A DNA stretch of 64,000 nucleotides from Promethearchaeia archaeon (GCA_046483985.1 JAWOCD010000115.1:1-64000); one strand, 5' to 3'; positions 17,913 through 28,979 are shown, numbered from the stretch's first letter. Notes: generated from the sequence alone by a model not told the origin. Made by a program: numbers and translations.

Positions 17913-20024
17913 TTATTTGTTTAAGAAAATATATTTATGGGCGATATCGCGTTTGTCATGTCCTGCAAGAAGATGAATATGTTTGATAGTTTTAAGCGAA
18001 TCCCGATTAAAATTATTAAGGGGAACATAGACTATTTTTCGATGCTTTACTCCTGCCATTGAGTAAAAATATTTACGAGGGGCGCTTTTCGCAATATAGA
18101 CAATGTATTTTTCCTTTGAATTCAAAATTGCGGCCTTGAGTAGCCGTTCCGCTTTATTTTTACAATCCTCGTATTGATAATCCATATATTCGCGAAAAAC
18201 CTCATGAATGAAGGTGGGCGGGTAAATAGAGAGCAAACCCCCCACTTCTACGTGCGAGATTCCAGGACCAACCAAATAGTCGCCAGGATTGGTGGTGTAT
18301 AACACTAAATTACTTTCTTTTTTGTGTTCTGCATACCAATTGAATTTATGAGGATATTTTTCCTTTTTTCCATCATCTTTATCAAAAATCACGACTAAGG
18401 TATCGATCCGTCCTTGAATTTTCTGTTCATTTTTCACATAAATTTTTTGTTCATACGCCCATTTTCGAATAGTCTCCTTAATGGCAATCCCATCTTTTAA
18501 ACTGGACTTAAATTCTTCAATCCGAACTCGTTTACTTTTCAGATTCTTTAGGGTTTTTTTACGAATAAATTCGAAATAATCCTCTTCGAGTTTATCTTCG
18601 GGGGGATAAGAAACAGCACGCCATTTATTCTTTTCCCATTCTTCTCTCCATTCCCCTTCGTATTTCTCTTCGGGCCGTTTTTCCATGGGGATCTCATCTT
18701 TTTGGGAATAAGGGTAAGGATGTCTGCGCCGGAGGCGAACGAAGTGACCATCGGGTGTCATCCCTCCAAGGGCACTTAAATCCATTGTTTCAAAATCTTC
18801 GCTCTCATCATTAAATGGATATTTCGTTGCAATCTTATAGACCTTCCAAGCGTAATCATCGTCCACAATATTTTTGGCCGTAACCAATAGCTGATATAAT
18901 CGGGGCAAGAGCATCTCATTTATGAGCGTCAGATTTCTTGAATATTGGAATATGTTCTTAAAGTTATGAAAGTTGATAAATTCTTTAAATTCTTTCTCAT
19001 AATCTTCCTTAGCTTTTAGGAAAATCTCTCGAATATGATGCTTTTTATTATAGGATCTAATGGTTTGAAAGAGCTTAGATGGATCTTCAATTTGTTCGAG
19101 CTGAGTTTTAGAATATTTATCTCGAAAGTTTATCCATTGATATGTATGATAGGGAATTTCTTTCAATAGATAACGGGCATCGGAATTTTTAATATTATAG
19201 ATTTTAACATATTTAAAGGGAACCAGATCCACATTCACGCTTTCGATCTTTTCCGGGTGCTCCAAATAATATTTAATCGATTTCCAATGGGCCATTCCAA
19301 CAATCAACAAGATTCGATTGTACAATGGCATCATCCGCAATAAATTGGATGCCATATATTTCTCCCGTAAAATATCTTTTTCTATATGTTTTAATTTTTC
19401 ATCACTTTTTTTTGGACCTCCTTTTCTTGATTGCTCTCGTTTTTTATATTTTTCAAGCGCTTTCTCGGTTTTTACTTGCTTTTCTTCGGCTTGTTGTTGC
19501 ATTTTTTTTTCTTTTTTCCTTCGAAGTATTACTTTTTCAAAATATTCTTGAAGCGATACTTTATCTTCAATCGTTAATTTTTGTTCACGGTATTGTCTAT
19601 ATTGAGCCTGGTTAGCGATAATTTTGTAAAACTGGGGTAATCCAATTTTATTGATTGAATAGTCATCGGGAAGTTTTCCGACTGGGGCTTTATAGGTTTT
19701 CAAGGATAAGTCAATAAATTCTACGGGAACATTATATTCTTGTCCCATTCGAATCCCTTCGATAATAGAATCAGAGGGGTCTATTGGTATAAAATTTAAT
19801 AACTCCGGGGAGAGACTATCGGCATAGGCAATGAGTGAAAGATAGGGGAGCCTATTAACCCCTTCTATAACTTCCTCACGGATATTACTCGGTAGCTCCA
19901 CAGCGATAAGGTCTGGAAATACCTTAAAATAATTGGCACGAACTATTTTGGCGAATTCAACCCGCGAATGAAAGGTGGGAACAACATAAATATTTTTATA
20001 TTTTATAAAAGTCGGTTTGGTCAT
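17913..20024 (-). CDS. MoxR-partner protein: TraB/ChaN/YehM(DUF5682)-like N-terminus and possible degenerate VWA-like C-terminus
   Basis: PDLIAVELP, REKYMA, ILLIVGMAHW motifs; directly downstream of a MoxR-type ATPase. Confidence 0.6.
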   Translation of the reverse strand: MTKPTFIKYKNIYVVPTFHSRVEFAKIVRANYFKVFPDLIAVELPSNIREEVIEGVNRLPYLSLIAYADSLSPELLNFIPIDPSDSIIEGIRMGQEYNVPVEFIDLSLKTYKAPVGKLPDDYSINKIGLPQFYKIIANQAQYRQYREQKLTIEDKVSLQEYFEKVILRRKKEKKMQQQAEEKQVKTEKALEKYKKREQSRKGGPKKSDEKLKHIEKDILREKYMASNLLRMMPLYNRILLIVGMAHWKSIKYYLEHPEKIESVNVDLVPFKYVKIYNIKNSDARYLLKEIPYHTYQWINFRDKYSKTQLEQIEDPSKLFQTIRSYNKKHHIREIFLKAKEDYEKEFKEFINFHNFKNIFQYSRNLTLINEMLLPRLYQLLVTAKNIVDDDYAWKVYKIATKYPFNDESEDFETMDLSALGGMTPDGHFVRLRRRHPYPYSQKDEIPMEKRPEEKYEGEWREEWEKNKWRAVSYPPEDKLEEDYFEFIRKKTLKNLKSKRVRIEEFKSSLKDGIAIKETIRKWAYEQKIYVKNEQKIQGRIDTLVVIFDKDDGKKEKYPHKFNWYAEHKKESNLVLYTTNPGDYLVGPGISHVEVGGLLSIYPPTFIHEVFREYMDYQYEDCKNKAERLLKAAILNSKEKYIVYIAKSAPRKYFYSMAGVKHRKIVYVPLNNFNRDSLKTIKHIHLLAGHDKRDIAHKYIFLNK

Positions 20025-20094
20025 CTATCTCAAGCACTTCCCTTCAGTACTATGAAAATTAACGGAATGGGATTTCTCCTCCTTTTTTTTGAAA

Positions 20095-20985
20095 CTAAAA
20101 CCGAAGTGCGTCTGGAATGTCAGATTCCTTTTCTTTAACTTTTACCTCTTCGTCAGGGCAAAATTGGATCGCGCTTTTTTCCAACACTTTTTCTAAAGAA
20201 CTCTTAAAATCCTCAATCACTAAATCTTTTGGGTTTTTCCCATGGAGTTTTTGATTCTTCATATAATACCTGATAATATTAATCCCATCTCTGGCCACAT
20301 AGGGTTGTTTTTTTTGATGAGATTTTTGTAAAAAGTCGGTGCAATATTCTACCACCTCTTTTGAAGCAAATGGCACATTATATTTAAGGATCTCCATCTC
20401 ATCAGCTTTATTGGGAAATTCCACATATATTTTGGGATTCAACCTCGATTGGATATATTCGGGGAGTTCATAGGTGCTGCTGTCGCTATTCATCGTCACA
20501 CACATTCGAAAATCTTCATGAGCGTAAATCCGAATCCCTGCAATTATCGAATCAACATACCTCCTCCGATCCATTAGCGGCGCCAAGGAAGCCCAACTCT
20601 TCTCCGACATCCTATTGGCTTCATCGATGAGACAGACCCCGCCTTTTATCATTGCAGACACTAATGAGCTAGCTACATAGGTGATTTTATTGTTACCCGA
20701 GATCACGGGACTTATCAATAGGTCTTCCGGTCGGGTATCCATAGTTGCTTGAAAAATATAAACTGGTTTTCCTAAACGCTTTCCAGTGGCGTATGCTAAA
20801 GTTGTTTTCCCGACACCCGGCTTACCCAAGATTCTTGGATTTAGAGGGATATCTCCTTCCTCAATAATCATCCATGCTGCTTTTAACATATCTACATAAG
20901 ATTCATCCCCGATCCACTCTAGGTCAATATCTGCTGGTTCGGAAAGAGTCAGTTCTACTCCGGAAACCTTTACTTCTTCTGGCAT
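20095..20985 (-). CDS. MoxR-like AAA+ ATPase (AAA_5)
   Basis: Walker A GKPGVGKT, Walker B CLIDEANR, sensor TMN, arginine finger QSRL. Confidence 0.9.
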   Translation of the reverse strand: MPEEVKVSGVELTLSEPADIDLEWIGDESYVDMLKAAWMIIEEGDIPLNPRILGKPGVGKTTLAYATGKRLGKPVYIFQATMDTRPEDLLISPVISGNNKITYVASSLVSAMIKGGVCLIDEANRMSEKSWASLAPLMDRRRYVDSIIAGIRIYAHEDFRMCVTMNSDSSTYELPEYIQSRLNPKIYVEFPNKADEMEILKYNVPFASKEVVEYCTDFLQKSHQKKQPYVARDGINIIRYYMKNQKLHGKNPKDLVIEDFKSSLEKVLEKSAIQFCPDEEVKVKEKESDIPDALRF

Positions 20986-21193
20986 TCTGATTCCACTCTT
21001 AAATCTTGCTGTTCAACTTAGAATAATTTATGTATCTTGATCATTATAAGAAAAATAAGAAATAAGAAATTTCGCATAAAGCCATTTAACTTGTAAACAA
21101 AATTTTTTAAAAGGGCAAGAAGGATATTAAACATAAAAAATAAAACATTTTAATAATTCAATAATAGCTATATTAAACTGAGGTTTAAAGAGT

Positions 21194-21631
21194 ATGCAAA
21201 GTACTGAAGGAAAAATTGGAAGAGTTATTGTAGGCAAAGCAGAACCTGGGGAGGATTTAATCGATGTTGTCACGGAATTGGTGAAAAAGCATGAGATTAA
21301 AGGCGGGTTAATAAATATAATTGGAGCATTTGAAAAATTAACTATTGGATATTTCGATTTAGATACTCAAGAGTATCTCTATAAAACATTTGATGAAAAT
21401 GTGGAACTCCTTCCAACGATGGGAAATATCTCGTATAATAAGGAAACCGGGGAACCTATCATTCATCTACATACAATGGTCGGAAAGAGCAATTATAGCA
21501 TAATGGGCGGTCATTTAAGCCAGCCTTCGATAATCTCTGTCACCGGGGAAATTTTTATCTATGAATTTGACAAAAAAATCTACCGCTCCGTGGATGAGAA
21601 GTTTGATCTTACTCTTCTGGATCTGGAGTAA
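21194..21631 (+). CDS. PPC/DUF296 domain protein
   Basis: PGEDL, IGA, GNIS, IHLH, GGHL, TGEI. Confidence 0.9.
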   Translation: MQSTEGKIGRVIVGKAEPGEDLIDVVTELVKKHEIKGGLINIIGAFEKLTIGYFDLDTQEYLYKTFDENVELLPTMGNISYNKETGEPIIHLHTMVGKSNYSIMGGHLSQPSIISVTGEIFIYEFDKKIYRSVDEKFDLTLLDLE

Positions 21632-21761
21632 GTTCAGACTCCCTTCTTAATGGAAAAATAAAATATAAAAAATGTGAATCATAGGTAATATTACCTAAAC
21701 TATCATTGGAAAGGAAAAAAGAAAAAGATACTCAAGATATATATTTTTTCAGCAAGCTGAA

Positions 21762-22325
21762 ATGATCGGAGAATATAAAGGAACCGTAAGTAATAAAGTA
21801 GTTATTGCCTTACTTCAAGCATATCACGATTTGCTTGATTTTGATGGGATGAGATCTATTTTGAAGGAGGCAGAAATGCGGGAATTAATCCCAATTCGAG
21901 AGATTAATGCCAAAGAAAAGATCAGCTTTTTTAAGTTTAAAAAGATCATTTCGGCCCAGAATATGCTGCTCTATTGCGCTACCGACCTCCTGTATCAAAT
22001 CGGGCTTAAATTCTCCTTTTATCTTTTCCCGTTCGGCGAGGGATTCGAATATATAATAAAACAAATTGATAAATTGATAAAAACAGATTGGATTGTGGAA
22101 ATTGTTGAAAAACGACGTAATTTTTTTAAGGTGAAAGTCAGAAATTGTGTTTTTTGTTCGGAGATCGGAGTTGATTGTAGCCTTTTTTATGGTTTTTTAG
22201 TGGATAGTCTCCGAAAATCATTACCAAGTAATTATGAAATATCCTATAAAGTTAAAGGAGAGCATTTAGCTCCCAACGAGTCGGGACATAATAATTTTAC
22301 TATTATTCTTAGTATTAATCCATAA
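21762..22325 (+). CDS. V4R-domain-like protein
   Basis: Helical N-terminus, LYQIG, then KVRNCVFC...CSLFYGFL (V4R/HNOX/Bet3 superfamily pattern). Confidence 0.65.
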   Translation: MIGEYKGTVSNKVVIALLQAYHDLLDFDGMRSILKEAEMRELIPIREINAKEKISFFKFKKIISAQNMLLYCATDLLYQIGLKFSFYLFPFGEGFEYIIKQIDKLIKTDWIVEIVEKRRNFFKVKVRNCVFCSEIGVDCSLFYGFLVDSLRKSLPSNYEISYKVKGEHLAPNESGHNNFTIILSINP

Positions 22326-22494
22326 TCAGAATTTATAAATACTACAAAATAGAAAGATTAACTAGAAAGAGTTTTCATATCAAATCTTTAAAAAATAGAT
22401 TAAAAAATTAAATACATCAAAAATTAATTATAAAACATAAGAATATTGTAAAAAGAACTATACTTTACTATTTTCATATAAAAATTAAAATTAG

Positions 22495-23058
22495 GTGAAA
22501 AAAACTGTGGGAAATACCGAATTACGCGAGTTTGTATTTAAAATAGTTATTCTCGGTGACGCAGCAGTTGGAAAAACCTCGCTTATTAACCAGTATATTG
22601 AGGAATCCTTCAGCGAATCATATAAACCAACTTTAGGTGCGAATATCGTGAGGAAGGATGTGATGTTGGACGAGATGGACGCTAAGGTCCGTTTGATTAT
22701 GTGGGACCTAGCTGGCCAAGAAAAGTATTCTGTGATTAGATCTATGTACTTCCAAGGCTGTGTAGGTGCATTATTAGTCTACGATGTCACACGATTTAAT
22801 ACTTACGAAACCATTAATTCTCGTTGGTTAAAAGATTTTCAAAAATACGTGAAAAAGGAGGGAGCCTATATCCTTATTGGAAATAAGATAGATTTGGAAG
22901 ATAAGCGAGTAGTGAGTCTTGAACAAGGAGAAACTCTTGCAAATGAGATTAACGCAAGTGACTTTATAGAAACCAGTGCAAAAAATGGCGATAATGTAGA
23001 AAAAGCGTTCAAAAATTTAGTTCTTAAAATTCTGAAAAATGTAGAAGGAATCGATTAA
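22495..23058 (+). CDS. Rab-like small GTPase
   Basis: GDAAVGKT, YKPTLG, WDLAGQE, GNKID, ETSAK; no C-terminal Cys motif. Confidence 0.95.
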   Translation: MKKTVGNTELREFVFKIVILGDAAVGKTSLINQYIEESFSESYKPTLGANIVRKDVMLDEMDAKVRLIMWDLAGQEKYSVIRSMYFQGCVGALLVYDVTRFNTYETINSRWLKDFQKYVKKEGAYILIGNKIDLEDKRVVSLEQGETLANEINASDFIETSAKNGDNVEKAFKNLVLKILKNVEGID

Positions 23059-23344
23059 TTCCTCCAGATACATTTTGTAAGTTTGCTATTCTTTCTTTTG
23101 AAAATAAATTTCCTTTTTGATAAATCCTTTGTGAAGATCTGTTTTTAATCTTTTTATAGATACTTACATTTCCTCCGGATTTCTAATAATTAGATGTCAT
23201 TTAAAAACGAGATCTGATCGATTCGTTAATTCATAAGTGCACGGGAACCTATTTTAGAGACCAAGAATAAAAGTGAAGGATTTCTAAGAGCGGATATAAT
23301 TTACCATAAGGAAATTTTAAATCAATTAAGGTCTATATTAAAAT

Positions 23345-24496
23345 ATGAAAGAGTTGAATCGAAAAGTAAAACAAGCGCCCCGTTCACAAATTCGTGAATT
23401 ATTTGATCTTGCCGCGGGAAGGAGCAACGTCATAAGTCTCGGGATCGGCCAACCTGATTTCGATACCCCCGAACCAGCAATTCAAGGAAACATTGAAGCC
23501 CTAAAGTCTGGCATTACCACGTATGCTCCAACAAAAGGGGTTCCGGAATTACTGCAGTTGGTGGAAAATAAATTAGAAACTACCAACAATATTAACTGTG
23601 ATTGGGAGCAAAATATAATCATCACGAACGGAGGAAGCCAAGCCATTACTCTTGCTTATGCTTCCATTTTTAATCCAGGCGATGATCTGCTCCTTTTTTC
23701 ACCGAATTTTCTCTCATACTATTACTGTAGTCTCTTCTACGGGGTAAAAACAATTGAAATTGAACGAAACCATGATTTTAGCCCGAATATTGAACAATTA
23801 AAAAGTTCAATTACAGAGAACACGAAAGCCCTTTTAATTAATTCTCCGAATAATCCCACTGGGTACGCCTTTAACAAAGAGGAATTAAAAATACTGGTTG
23901 ATATAGTGAAGGATAATGACTTGTATCTCATAACTGATGAGGTCTATGAAAATTATTATTATGATAGACTCGAACATCTGAGCCCGGCGTCCTTGGATGG
24001 GATGTTTGACCGAACTATTACTGTAAATGCAATGAGTAAATTATACTCCGCAACTGGATTTCGATTAGGATATGCGGTGGCGAGAAAGGAAATTCTGGAT
24101 TTAATGGAAAAATACCACCAATACACAGTTGCAGGTACGAACCACGCTGCGCAATACGGGTTTATTGAAGCGCTTAAAATGGATACTAGCTTTTTTGATG
24201 ATATTGTCCAGCGATATGAAGAGCGCAGAGATTTTGTTTACCAACGACTTAAGGAGATGGATTTTGATGTGATTAGGCCCCGAGGCGCCTTTTATATTAT
24301 GCCCTCCGTAAAAAAGTTTGGAATTACAGGTGCAGAATTTTCGGAAAAGCTTATGAAATCTAAGGCTGTTGCTGTAGTACCAGGAGAAATATTCGGCTCA
24401 TCGGCTGAAGATAGAATACGTGTATCCTACGCGCTTGAGAAACCAAAATTAGCAGAAGCAATGGACAGAATTGAAAGCTTTATTCAATCCTTATAA
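23345..24496 (+). CDS. Class I/II PLP aminotransferase (AspC-like)
   Basis: GQPDF, NSPNNPTG, DEVY, SKLYSATGFRLG. Confidence 0.93.
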   Translation: MKELNRKVKQAPRSQIRELFDLAAGRSNVISLGIGQPDFDTPEPAIQGNIEALKSGITTYAPTKGVPELLQLVENKLETTNNINCDWEQNIIITNGGSQAITLAYASIFNPGDDLLLFSPNFLSYYYCSLFYGVKTIEIERNHDFSPNIEQLKSSITENTKALLINSPNNPTGYAFNKEELKILVDIVKDNDLYLITDEVYENYYYDRLEHLSPASLDGMFDRTITVNAMSKLYSATGFRLGYAVARKEILDLMEKYHQYTVAGTNHAAQYGFIEALKMDTSFFDDIVQRYEERRDFVYQRLKEMDFDVIRPRGAFYIMPSVKKFGITGAEFSEKLMKSKAVAVVPGEIFGSSAEDRIRVSYALEKPKLAEAMDRIESFIQSL

Positions 24497-24517
24497 CATA
24501 AATTCTTATCTATTTTT

Positions 24518-26797
24518 TTATTTATAGAAATCCGCTTTTACTTCTTGAATATTTCGTGATTCAGTGATTTCTTTCGCCATTTGTTCGTAACGTTCAATCA
24601 TACCGGAGGTCAACGTAGATTGAATTTTTTCCATCGCTTTTTCAAAATACTTGTATTCAATTTTAGAGAGTTCAGTCATTTTATCACGGATTGCCTCCAT
24701 TCCAGCTTCACGGCATAAGTTTTCTATGTCAGCACCGCTAAATCCTCCCGTTTTGCGGGCTATCTTTTTTAAAGAGATATTTTCGGCCAGAGGCATATCT
24801 CGTGTATGAACTTTTAGTATCTTTACTCGCGCTTCAAAATCAGGTGCATCAACATAAATTAATCGATCAAACCGCCCTGGGCGTAATAAGGCCGCATCCA
24901 CCATATCTGGTCGGTTGGTGCTGGCAATAACCACAATTCCTTGCCTTTTCTCAATTCCATCAAGCTCGACTAAGATTTGATTTACGATCGAAGCAAATGT
25001 TTGGGTGTTTTGATACTCGCTTCTGCCAGTTGTAACCGCATCGATTTCATCAAAATAAATAATAGATGGAGCCGCTTGTCGGGCTTTTCGAAAGATCTCC
25101 CGCACAGTCTTTTCACTTTCTCCTACCCACTTTGAGAAGATTTCAGGACCTTTAATAGATATAAAATTAGATTCACTTTCGGTTGCTACCGCTTTAGCGA
25201 GTAAAGTCTTCCCACAGCCTGGCGGGCCAAATAACAGAATTCCGTTTAATGGTCGAATTCCCGCCTTTTTAAATAATTTTGAATATTTTAATGGCCATTC
25301 TACCGCTTCTATCAGTTCATCCTTTGTTTCTTCTAACCCCCCTATTTCATTCCATTCCACATTCGGCACTTCTACCATAACTTCTCGCATCGCGCTGGGA
25401 TCCACCATATTTATTGCTTGCAAGAAGTCTTCGCTTTTAATATTTAGTTCTTGAATCACAGTACTGGGGATGGGTTCGTCTAAATTTATTTTAGGTAAAA
25501 TTCGCCGTAACGCAAACATTGCAGCCTCTCGACAAACAGCCATAATATCTGCTCCTACAAATCCATGACTAATCTCTGCGTAATGGTCAAGATCCACATC
25601 TATTTCTAAAGGCATTCCTCTCGTATGAATCTGGAAAATCTCCTTTCGGGCGTTAGTATTGGGAACTTCAAATTCAATTTCACGATCGAATCGTCCGGGT
25701 CTCCTCAAAGCTTCATCAATTGAATTGATTCTATTGGTAGCACCTATGCAGATTACCTCTCCCCTCCCTCGGAGTCCGTCTAAGAGAGATAATAATTGAG
25801 ACACGACCCTTCTTTCAACCTCTCCGGTAACATTCTCTCTTTTGGGAGCAATTGAATCTATCTCATCAATAAAGATAATAGATGGGGCATTCTCCTCCGC
25901 CTCATTAAATAACTCTCTAAGGCGTCCTTCACTGGCACCATAAAACTTAGACATTATTTCGGGTCCATTAATGGAAATAAAATAAGCGTTTGACTCTTGG
26001 GAAACTGCTTTCGCCATTAAGGTCTTTCCAGTTCCGGAAGGTCCGTGGAATAATACTCCCTTTGGTGGGTCAATGTTCAAACGATGAAATAATTCGGGAT
26101 GCTTTAGAGGTAATTCAATCATTTCCCTTATCCTTTGAATCTCATCAGTTAGTCCTCCTACGTCATCATATGTGACGATTTCCCCTGAAACATTTAAAAC
26201 AGCGACCCTTTTATTAATTTTAATAGATGTACTTTTTGAAATCTTCACAATCTGATTACTTGGTTTTGCGTTTTCAACAATTAAGCGAAGTGTCCCTCCG
26301 AGAGTTGTTCTTTTTGATCCTTTTTGGGGAAATGGCAACATCTTCATTATTTCATCAAATGGACTACCATCGTCCTTTTTTACAAAAGACCCCGTGATAT
26401 CAACGATATCGCCGACCACTATTGGCTTGTCAAAAAGTTTTCCTTTAATCAATTCTGCTTGTTTTTTAATGTCTCCAATTGGTTTCGTGGGAGTTAGAAC
26501 TACTTCTTCCGCAGGATAAACTGTGGCTAATTTCACGGTAACATATTCACCGATGGTTGCGCCAGCATTTAATCTATCGATACCCCCTAACGAGATAGTA
26601 CCCTTTCCTTTATCTTCCATACTTGCAACTGCAATACCCGCAGTCATCTTTTTCCCGTGAATCTCCACTATATCTCCTGTACTAATCTTTAACTCTTTCA
26701 TAACATTCGCATCGATATAGAATAAACGGCGCCCACTTCGGCTTTTATCTAACCGTTCAATTTTCAATTTAACATTTTCTTCTTGATCTTTCGACAT
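24518..26797 (-). CDS. cdc48: Cdc48/VCP family AAA+ ATPase
   Basis: N domain plus two AAA modules ([13 protein letters not shown] and [13 protein letters not shown]), RRPGRFD, C-terminal HbYX tail (FYK). The ATG at 26797 is preferred. Confidence 0.95.
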   Translation of the reverse strand: MSKDQEENVKLKIERLDKSRSGRRLFYIDANVMKELKISTGDIVEIHGKKMTAGIAVASMEDKGKGTISLGGIDRLNAGATIGEYVTVKLATVYPAEEVVLTPTKPIGDIKKQAELIKGKLFDKPIVVGDIVDITGSFVKKDDGSPFDEIMKMLPFPQKGSKRTTLGGTLRLIVENAKPSNQIVKISKSTSIKINKRVAVLNVSGEIVTYDDVGGLTDEIQRIREMIELPLKHPELFHRLNIDPPKGVLFHGPSGTGKTLMAKAVSQESNAYFISINGPEIMSKFYGASEGRLRELFNEAEENAPSIIFIDEIDSIAPKRENVTGEVERRVVSQLLSLLDGLRGRGEVICIGATNRINSIDEALRRPGRFDREIEFEVPNTNARKEIFQIHTRGMPLEIDVDLDHYAEISHGFVGADIMAVCREAAMFALRRILPKINLDEPIPSTVIQELNIKSEDFLQAINMVDPSAMREVMVEVPNVEWNEIGGLEETKDELIEAVEWPLKYSKLFKKAGIRPLNGILLFGPPGCGKTLLAKAVATESESNFISIKGPEIFSKWVGESEKTVREIFRKARQAAPSIIYFDEIDAVTTGRSEYQNTQTFASIVNQILVELDGIEKRQGIVVIASTNRPDMVDAALLRPGRFDRLIYVDAPDFEARVKILKVHTRDMPLAENISLKKIARKTGGFSGADIENLCREAGMEAIRDKMTELSKIEYKYFEKAMEKIQSTLTSGMIERYEQMAKEITESRNIQEVKADFYK

Positions 26798-26909
26798 TTT
26801 TAAATTCCACAGAATTGAGAAAAACACTTAATTTTTTGATATTCTAATGTAAAAAAGTAACCATTGCTTATTTTATTTTGCGTTATTGAATATTAGAAAC
26901 GAGAGGATT

Positions 26910-27728
26910 TTATCCTTCGTTGATCTCTATACTTAATATTTTTCTTAAATAGTTTTTAAATCTAGCAGATATATTAGAGACTTCAAAAGGCTCATTAATA
27001 TGTTCCTTAACAAACCTTTTTCTGAGTTTTAGAAGTTTAGCCTTTTTTTTCTTGTTTCGGTTCTTTTGTAGGAGTTCTCCAATGATTTTTCTTGTTTTTT
27101 CCTCTAAAGTCTCATTAAATCGTTGGTTATTCGCTTTTTCTTTATCTATGGGTTCCTTCTTGTTTGGCCCAAGGGTTAGCTCTTTTTTTATTTTGTTCAT
27201 TAATTCTTCATAGTTGATCTCGATTTTTTGTGCACGTTCCATATTGATCTTCAAAATTGGTTCTTCCCAAGAATAATTAGTGAAAGAATCAAATTTCTGG
27301 TTGATATCTATAATTAAATCGTTAGGAATGGGCTCCCCACGCGCTTTATTCCATTCTAAACAAGTTTCTAAAGGGGTATTCATATGAATTATGAAAGCTT
27401 TTTTATTTAATTGGTTAGCAATGGATTTTAAATCACGCCGCATACTAGTATAATAATTTAAGTCATCAGAAATAACAATCTTTCCTTTTTTGAGTTCTTT
27501 TTCAACCTTTTTTAGGTTTAATTCTCGAACCTCTGATTCTTTTTCAAAATCAAAAGTTCCAGGGGCTATTTCTTCCCTTATCTTGTCTGGATCAACAATA
27601 CTGATCTCTTTATTAGGCTTCTCTGTATCTTCCTCCAAATATTTCTTTAATTCTTCACTAAAAGTGGATTTACCTGAGGCGGGCAATCCAGTTACAATCA
27701 CTAAAAAATTAGGAATTTTTTCCTTCAT
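26910..27728 (-). CDS. pstK: L-seryl-tRNA(Sec) kinase / Kti12 family P-loop kinase
   Basis: VTGLPASGKST, DKIR, DDLNYYTSMR, CLEWNKARG, YSWEEP. Confidence 0.8.
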   Translation of the reverse strand: MKEKIPNFLVIVTGLPASGKSTFSEELKKYLEEDTEKPNKEISIVDPDKIREEIAPGTFDFEKESEVRELNLKKVEKELKKGKIVISDDLNYYTSMRRDLKSIANQLNKKAFIIHMNTPLETCLEWNKARGEPIPNDLIIDINQKFDSFTNYSWEEPILKINMERAQKIEINYEELMNKIKKELTLGPNKKEPIDKEKANNQRFNETLEEKTRKIIGELLQKNRNKKKKAKLLKLRKRFVKEHINEPFEVSNISARFKNYLRKILSIEINEG

Positions 27729-27738
27729 GTCATTTATT

Positions 27739-28008
27739 TTAATTCTTAGACATTTTTTTGGTTAATTCTTTTTTTCTTGCTTTTGAAAAAGATTTAATCT
27801 CCATTTCTCTTTTCATAGCAGCACTACGATCCATATATGTTTCAAAGTATCTCAATTCTATTTTTTCTTTTCCCCGACAATATTTGGCACCTTGCCCACT
27901 TTTATGCTCTTTTATTCGCCGGAGCAGATTATTGGTGTAACCTGTATAAAATGTCGTTTTTCCGTTTTTTGCTGTAGTTTCTAAGATATATACGTAAAAA
28001 ACCGACAT
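27739..28008 (-). CDS. GIY-YIG nuclease (UPF0213)
   Basis: YVYIL, FYTGYT, RRIKEH, GAKY, AMKRE. Confidence 0.92.
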   Translation of the reverse strand: MSVFYVYILETTAKNGKTTFYTGYTNNLLRRIKEHKSGQGAKYCRGKEKIELRYFETYMDRSAAMKREMEIKSFSKARKKELTKKMSKN

Positions 28009-28205
28009 CTTCTCTATCTTATATTAATATTTTAAATATTTATTTTTTTAGGAGTTCCTCCGAAGTTATGTGAAATAATGAATTAGCAAATAATTAAAAA
28101 TTTGGAACTATTTTTAAAAAACTATAAAATTTCGTGCATATTTATTTATCTTAATTAAGAAAATTATAATCAGATTAAGTAATACTCATTTATAGGTGCA
28201 TTAAT

Positions 28206-28850
28206 ATTCCTCGCGGGATCTTTTTGATAAAATGGAGTGATATCGTTGGAGGTACAGTGTATATGAAATATCCGGAAGACTTAGAGATCCCAGAGAATGT
28301 AGTTCAGCAGATACAAATATCACACGATTTCATTGAATCAAACATAACCATCAAGGAGGAGAATTGGAATTCTTTATCCTATTCGAATGAAAATAAAGAG
28401 ATAGTTAGTGTTTTAGTATTGGACCGGTTTGATGAGGCTTCGGACTATAAATCAATTTTAGAAGAATTTAGTAATGAATTAGACATGGATTTAACAGAAG
28501 AGGAACTGGAGGAGCGATTGGAAAAGTTTTTTAAATCAAGTTTGAATGCTTTTCGGGCCAGAGACGAGGTGATATCTAAGCTCAGTAATGAACTGGCAGA
28601 TTTGAAAAACTTTGAATATGAAATCAATAAGAAAATTGAATTTCTCACTTCCAAGAAATTTCTTGATGTTAAAACTAAGATAATGCTTCTTTTATTAATC
28701 CATGAGGAGTTAAGTTTTGACCACATTAAAGCCAGAATAGAGACCAGCGAGAGATGGCTCACAAAAGTGATAAAAAAGCTGGAGAGAATGGATTTAATTG
28801 ATTCACATAAGAGGAAAGATGAAGATAAAAAGTACTACCTTACTTTCTGA
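28206..28850 (+). CDS. uDENN/longin-like N-domain, coiled coil and winged-helix protein; probable ATT start at 28206
   Basis: (I)PRGIFLIKWSDIVGGTVYMKYP resembles the first beta-hairpin of uDENN-type longins; the C-terminus is wHTH-like (LTKVIKKLERMDLI...YYL). Confidence 0.65.
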   Translation: MPRGIFLIKWSDIVGGTVYMKYPEDLEIPENVVQQIQISHDFIESNITIKEENWNSLSYSNENKEIVSVLVLDRFDEASDYKSILEEFSNELDMDLTEEELEERLEKFFKSSLNAFRARDEVISKLSNELADLKNFEYEINKKIEFLTSKKFLDVKTKIMLLLLIHEELSFDHIKARIETSERWLTKVIKKLERMDLIDSHKRKDEDKKYYLTF

Positions 28851-28979
28851 TTATTTTCAACATAAGGGATGAAATACTTATTTTGTTATGAAATCTTTAT
28901 CTATCTAACTTAATTTAATCTTAAAATTGTATTAGGAATTAGCCTAATTGAATTCAAAAAACTAATTGTGTGAGCCAAT

